A stretch of DNA of 64,000 nucleotides from Octopus sinensis (lineage: Eukaryota): positions 56,048,001 to 56,112,000 of the forward strand of contig NC_043007.1 in NCBI RefSeq assembly GCF_006345805.1, in the 5' to 3' direction. This document shows positions 57,912-64,000 of the stretch, piece after piece. Position 1 is the first letter of the stretch. Every line of letters begins with the position of its first letter. The translations under genes and the position numbers were made by a program. The notes under the pieces are model-generated. The model was not told the DNA's origin, ran no database searches, and saw only the letters and a program-made list of their open reading frames with translations.

Positions 57912-58235
57912 TTAGGTATTCGGAATAAATATATACTTATATTAAGGATTTTATAGGTGAATGCGCATATTGAGAATTCTGTACGTGAAGCGAAAACAAA
58001 AGTTCAATTCAATTCAGTAAATGTATCATGACTATATGATGTACTCCGCATCAAATGCACTTTCGCTTCACTGACGAAAACAACATGAAAGAACATGATT
58101 CTCTCCCTTGTAGAGATGAAGAAACGATCAATGAAAAAGAGCTTGCAGTTATACATACATGCATATATACACACATACATACATACATACATACATACAT
58201 ACATACATACATACACACATGCATACATGGATACA

Positions 58236-58268
<33 letters not shown>

Positions 58269-58577
58269 GTACCACATACATCTGTATACATAGATATATG
58301 TAAGGGACACACAAATATATATAGCTATGTATGTATATATACATGCTGTATATATGTATGTATATGTATGTGCGTACGTACGTATGCATGTATATGTATA
58401 TATATATAGGGAGAGTTTACGAAAAAAACAGAAGACAAAGACAGGTGGTGTACAAAACAAACAGATGTATAAGTATAACGCTCAGGTATAGAAAAAGTCT
58501 GTTACGTTTCGAGCCTACGCTCTTCTACAGAAAGGGACACAAAAAAAAACAAGGTGAGCAAAAAATGTGTGCAGTGG

Positions 58578-58625
<48 letters not shown>

Positions 58626-59006
58626 TATATATATATATATATATGTACACGAAAGACGAATGAATGTCAAAATATATTTCGCTGGATATATCGTAAACAA
58701 TTCTAAATTATTTACGAGTATATCAGTAGCCAGAACATGCAATCAAAAATTGTTCATAAAAGGAGAGTGTATAATTGTGGATAAATCCCAATTATAACCG
58801 AGAAGGTTATAAAAACCCTTACATCCATAGAAATAGCAGACAAAGCCGCTAAAAAGCCACTATATCCACTCGTATTATATCTTCTCAACCATAAAAGCTG
58901 TCGGCGAGCGGCATGAAATAAAAATACAAAATTTAAATAAAAATAAATAGTTAGTCCACTATTGCAATTGGAAGTTAGGAACCAAAAGTGGATCCGTTCT
59001 TCCTGT

Positions 59007-59132
<126 letters not shown>

Positions 59133-59177
59133 TATATATATATAATATATATATAAATATATTATATATTTATAATG

Positions 59178-59210
<33 letters not shown>

Positions 59211-60164
59211 TTATGTATATATTATGTGTGTGTGTGTGTGCGTGTGTGTGTGTGTGGTGTGTGTGTGTGTGTGTGTGTGTGTTGTGTGTGTGTGTGTGTA
59301 GATGTCTCTCGTGTGTTTATGCATTTTTCACTCGTGGTGCTCGCTACTCAATAACTATTTTTTATTTATTTATAATTGAACGCAACGCAGCCTTGTCCAC
59401 TGTAAGTTCTTACATGTATATATAATTTCAACGACTCTACACTCTGTTTTCTTTCTTTCTCTCTATCTCTCTATAATCCTTTATATTTCTCGATTGCCCC
59501 CCTTCTTCTTTGCTGTCTTCTGTCTGTCTTTCTTCCACTCCTTAATATCTTTTGTTCCTTCTCCCTTCTGTATCCCTTAGTTTCTTTTCCTTATCCTCTC
59601 TCTTGTCCCCTTCCTCTCTGTCTCTTTCTCACCGTGACTACAGGCCATTTCTCTCACCCATGTCTTTACTGAACGTGACCGCCACCGCGCTGGATGTCGT
59701 TTCTCTCGCCTCCCGACATTTTTCTCTTCTACTCTTTACATCTCTTTATTCTATTTCCTTTATGGCGTTACCCATTAGAATTCGTCTTGGCCTAACAGCC
59801 CATAATGTTCGTCTTCGTTGATTGTTTCCATCCTACATCCTTTCTGTTGTTGTTTATTCGTTCGAAGCCCTAATTTTCCACAAGCTTTACATTTTAAAAT
59901 TTTCTGGATGCTACTGTCTTATGAGGTTTTCCTATTTTGACGTTAAAAGCACGAAATGCGTCAGTAAGACAGTTGACAACTGATGAGCGAGTTATCTTCT
60001 GGTATTTTTTCTGTACTAGTCTCTCGTGTCTTTACGTATTTTTCCCCCCATTGGTGATGTCCTGTACTTAATAAATAAATATATATATATATATATATAT
60101 TATTATATATATATATATAATATATATATATATATACACATAAATATATATATATATATATATA

Positions 60165-60792
60165 TTGGTTTTGTTAAGTTTGATCTGAGAACATAAAAAG
60201 TTTTTGGGTGGAGAATGGCGATTTGACGTCTATATCTAGCATGTTGACTGTCCACTTTTCGTGTGCAGTCCTTAATTGGTATATTTAAATATTTTAATCT
60301 TCGGATTCTTTCTTTAATATGCTAGACCACTGGTTCTAATTGATAAATATCAATTTTTACCCTAAATTTAATTTTATAAATATTTGTTCTCTAACCGATA
60401 AATTAACTGCTGCTAACTATTAGCTGCAGGCTAGTTTTCTCGGGTCTCATCGCGCCAAAGTAAAGGCATTTGAAATATATATTTCAAATGTAATAGGCCG
60501 GACTCCATGCACGCGATATTTTGGTGTCGTGTTGGCATTTAGTCCAGCAAATTACATTTTACATGGGACCATGCTGATGATGCTGCACTTTTCCTTGCGG
60601 AAAATAACAGCTGAAACTAAATTTAGTACATGGGTAAATATTTATTTCGTATATTTTTCACTTGTTTATTGCTTTGGTTTTGTTGAGTTTGATCTGAGAA
60701 CATAAAAATTTTTTTGTGGAGAATGGCGATTTGACGTCTATATCTAGCATGTTGACTGTCCACTTTTCGTGTGCAGTCCTTAATTGGTATAT
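60165..60792 (+). mobile_element. ~509-bp hammerhead-bearing non-coding retroelement with ~120-bp terminal direct repeat, inserted in (TA)n
   Basis: 60165-60284 is repeated at 60674-60792; (TA)n on both flanks; complete hammerhead inside. Confidence 0.75.
60569..60633 (+). ncRNA. Type I hammerhead ribozyme (U10.1-U11.1 variant)
   Basis: ccaug CUGAUGA u-gcug-cac-uuuucc-uugc-ggaaaa-uaa-cagc-u GAAA CUAAAUUUAG UA caugg; predicted cleavage after GUA at 60628. Confidence 0.85.
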
Positions 60793-60816
60793 ATATATAT
60801 ATATATATATACATAC

Positions 60817-60896
<80 letters not shown>

Positions 60897-60937
60897 ATAT
60901 ATGTTTAAATATTTGTTGTGCAAGATTTTTTATGTGA

Positions 60938-61279
60938 AGAAGCATAGGAGAACGGGTGAATGAACATTGGAGACAACTCAAGGAAGGTAAAAGCTCATCG
61001 ATTCTGTACCAACACGCCGAACAGGAACACGGGGAATCAATCAATAACATAGAGATTAAGATATTTCCACACATAGAACAGATGCAACAATTAGACAAAT
61101 TACAGAAGCTACACATATAATAGAAAATAAACCTAGCCTGAATAGAAAACTAGAATGGAGCAATAGCACACACCACAACATATGACGATAGAGGATCCCG
61201 AAAACATAATAAATAAATACACAGATAAATAAACAAATAGAAATGAATAACTATATATATGTATATATATCTATGTATG

Positions 61280-61334
<55 letters not shown>

Positions 61335-61790
61335 GTGTATATATATGTGTATATGTATATATATATATATATTTTTTTTTTTTCGATTAGATTTATTATT
61401 ATTATTACTAATATTGTTGTTATACATACATACAAGCATATGTAATGATAATAATGGGTGGATGTAAATACATGAACAAAATTAAAAGCAACAACAATAA
61501 AAACAAAATACAAATTACATGAATGTATATAAACAGAAGATACAAATATTACATGCATCCCCCCACACACACACTAAATAAACATAGACGCACATAGAGA
61601 TATAAGCATGCGCAAATGAAGACATACAATAGAAATACAAAATGGCTGACGGTTAGTAAGGAGAGACACAAATACGAAAGAAGAAAACAAAGGACCACTG
61701 ATGAGGTCACAGGAGTGTGAAGAAAGAACTCTGGCCGAAATAAGATTAAGATTAATGTAAAAATATCACTGAAGCAAAATAACACCAAAT
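60938..61790 (+). mobile_element. Penelope-like element 3' remnant: GIY-YIG endonuclease C-terminus plus 3' region with a hammerhead core
   Basis: [32 protein letters not shown].. (frameshift) ..[26 protein letters not shown]; CTGATGA-ggtca..tggcc-GAAA at 61698-61740. Confidence 0.75.
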
Positions 61791-61849
61791 ATATAGTGCG
61801 TGTGTTTTTATTGGCTAAACTGGCAATATGACCATTCCGAAATATAACA

Positions 61850-62419
<570 letters not shown>

Positions 62420-62445
62420 CAACTCGTGTGTTCCTTTTCACCCTT

Positions 62446-62490
<45 letters not shown>

Positions 62491-63251
62491 GTACAGGACA
62501 TCACCAACGGGGGAAAATACGTAAAGACACGAGTGACTAGTACGGAATAAATAACAGAAGAAAACTCGCTCATCAGTTGTCAACTGTCTTACTGACGCAT
62601 TTCGTGCTTTTAACGTCAAAATAGGAAAACCTCATAAGACAGTAGCATCCAGAAAATTTTAAAATGTAAAGCTTGTGGAAAATTAGGGCTTCGAACGAAT
62701 AAACAACAACAGAGTGGATGTAGGAAGGAAACAATCAACGAAGACGAACATTATGGGCCGTTAGGCCAAGACGAACTCTAATGGGTAACGCCATAAAGGA
62801 AATAGAATAAAGAGATGTAAAGAGTAGAAGAGAAAAATGTCGGGAGGCGAGAGAAACGACATCCAGCGCGGTGGCGGTCACGTTCAGTAAAGACATGGGT
62901 GAGAGAAATGGCCTGTAGTCACGGTGAGAAAGAGACAGAGAGGAAGGGGACAAGAGAGAGGATAAGGAAAAGAAACTAAGGGATACAGAAGGGAGAAGAA
63001 ACAAAAGATATTAAGGAGTGGAAGAAAGACAGACAGAAGACAGCAAACAAGAAGGGGGAAATCGAGAAATATAAAGGATTATAGAGAGATAGAGAGAAAG
63101 AAAGAAAACAGAGTGTAGAGTCGTAGAAATTATATATACATGTAAGAACTTACAGTAGACAAGGCTGTGTGGCGTTCAATTATAAATAAATAAAAAATAG
63201 TTATTAAGTAGCGAGCACCACGAGTGAAAAATGCATAAACGCACGAGAGAC

Positions 63252-63338
<87 letters not shown>

Positions 63339-64000
63339 CTGTATATACATACATACATACATATATATACATGTATATATATATGCATGTCTATCTATCT
63401 ATCTGTATATATTCTTGTATGTATATATACATATATATAGAGAGAGAGAGGGGGAGAGAGACAGTGAGAGACACACAGAGAGAGATGGAGATAGATAGAT
63501 AGTTATATAGATAGATAACTAGATAAATAAACAAACAAATAAATAGACAGATAGATATAGAAAGAGATATGTATATGTATGAGAGAAAAACACACGCGCA
63601 TGCACGTACACATACACGCACACACGCACACACACCTACACATATAATATTTTTAGCAAATAATAATTTCTCTCAGTAAAATTTCTTTGCTTTTATCGGC
63701 ACAGAATCTTGTTTGGTAATGAATCTCACTCTACCATAGGTTTTACTTCATATATATTTGTTCTGTTATGAACCTCATCCTTCATATGATTCTTATTTAT
63801 TCATTAATTCTTTATTTAACATTTTCCATTCAGTATTTACAAACGTTTTGCGTTTTCTTGCAATTTTTCTTCACATAATCCGTTCCCTCATTATATCTCT
63901 CATCTTCTCTTCTCTTTTCCACTATTTTCCTTTTTTTCTTTTACTTTTTTACTTCATTTTTCTTTATTTTCTTTCGGTCTTTCATTCATATTTTGTCGTT

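Noticed and set aside
58070-58095. CTGACGA...GAAA
   Set aside because: The intervening bases cannot form stem II and there is no stem I.
59552-59821. Duplicated 89-aa ORF (mirror at 62735-63004)
   Set aside because: Pyrimidine-rich low-complexity sequence inside the inverted-repeat arms; no recognisable domain.

Overview
AT-rich, microsatellite-dense metazoan DNA. The SINEs and overall repeat landscape resemble octopus/cephalopod genomes (my recognition, not a database result). No intact host protein-coding gene is visible. The window is mostly transposon remnants: an L1/Tx1-type LINE, three HERO-like RLE LINE fragments, RTE and CR1 3' ends, a head-to-tail train of R4/Dong elements at (TAA)n tracts (one with an intact RT-RLE ORF), nested Tc1/mariner elements, a MITE with an 8-bp TSD, Helitron/DINE-like elements, tRNA-derived SINEs and a processed RACK1 pseudogene. 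The most notable signal is about a dozen type I hammerhead-ribozyme-like motifs with short palindromic stem III. Several have complete cores, including U3-A8 and U10.1-U11.1 variants. They sit in short non-coding elements with terminal redundancy or fold-back inversions, near a Penelope-like GIY-YIG remnant. Two related ~0.51-0.52 kb units appear to be circular permutations of each other, which suggests a retrozyme-like or circular-RNA retroelement family. All structures were read by eye; coordinates of degenerate elements are approximate.
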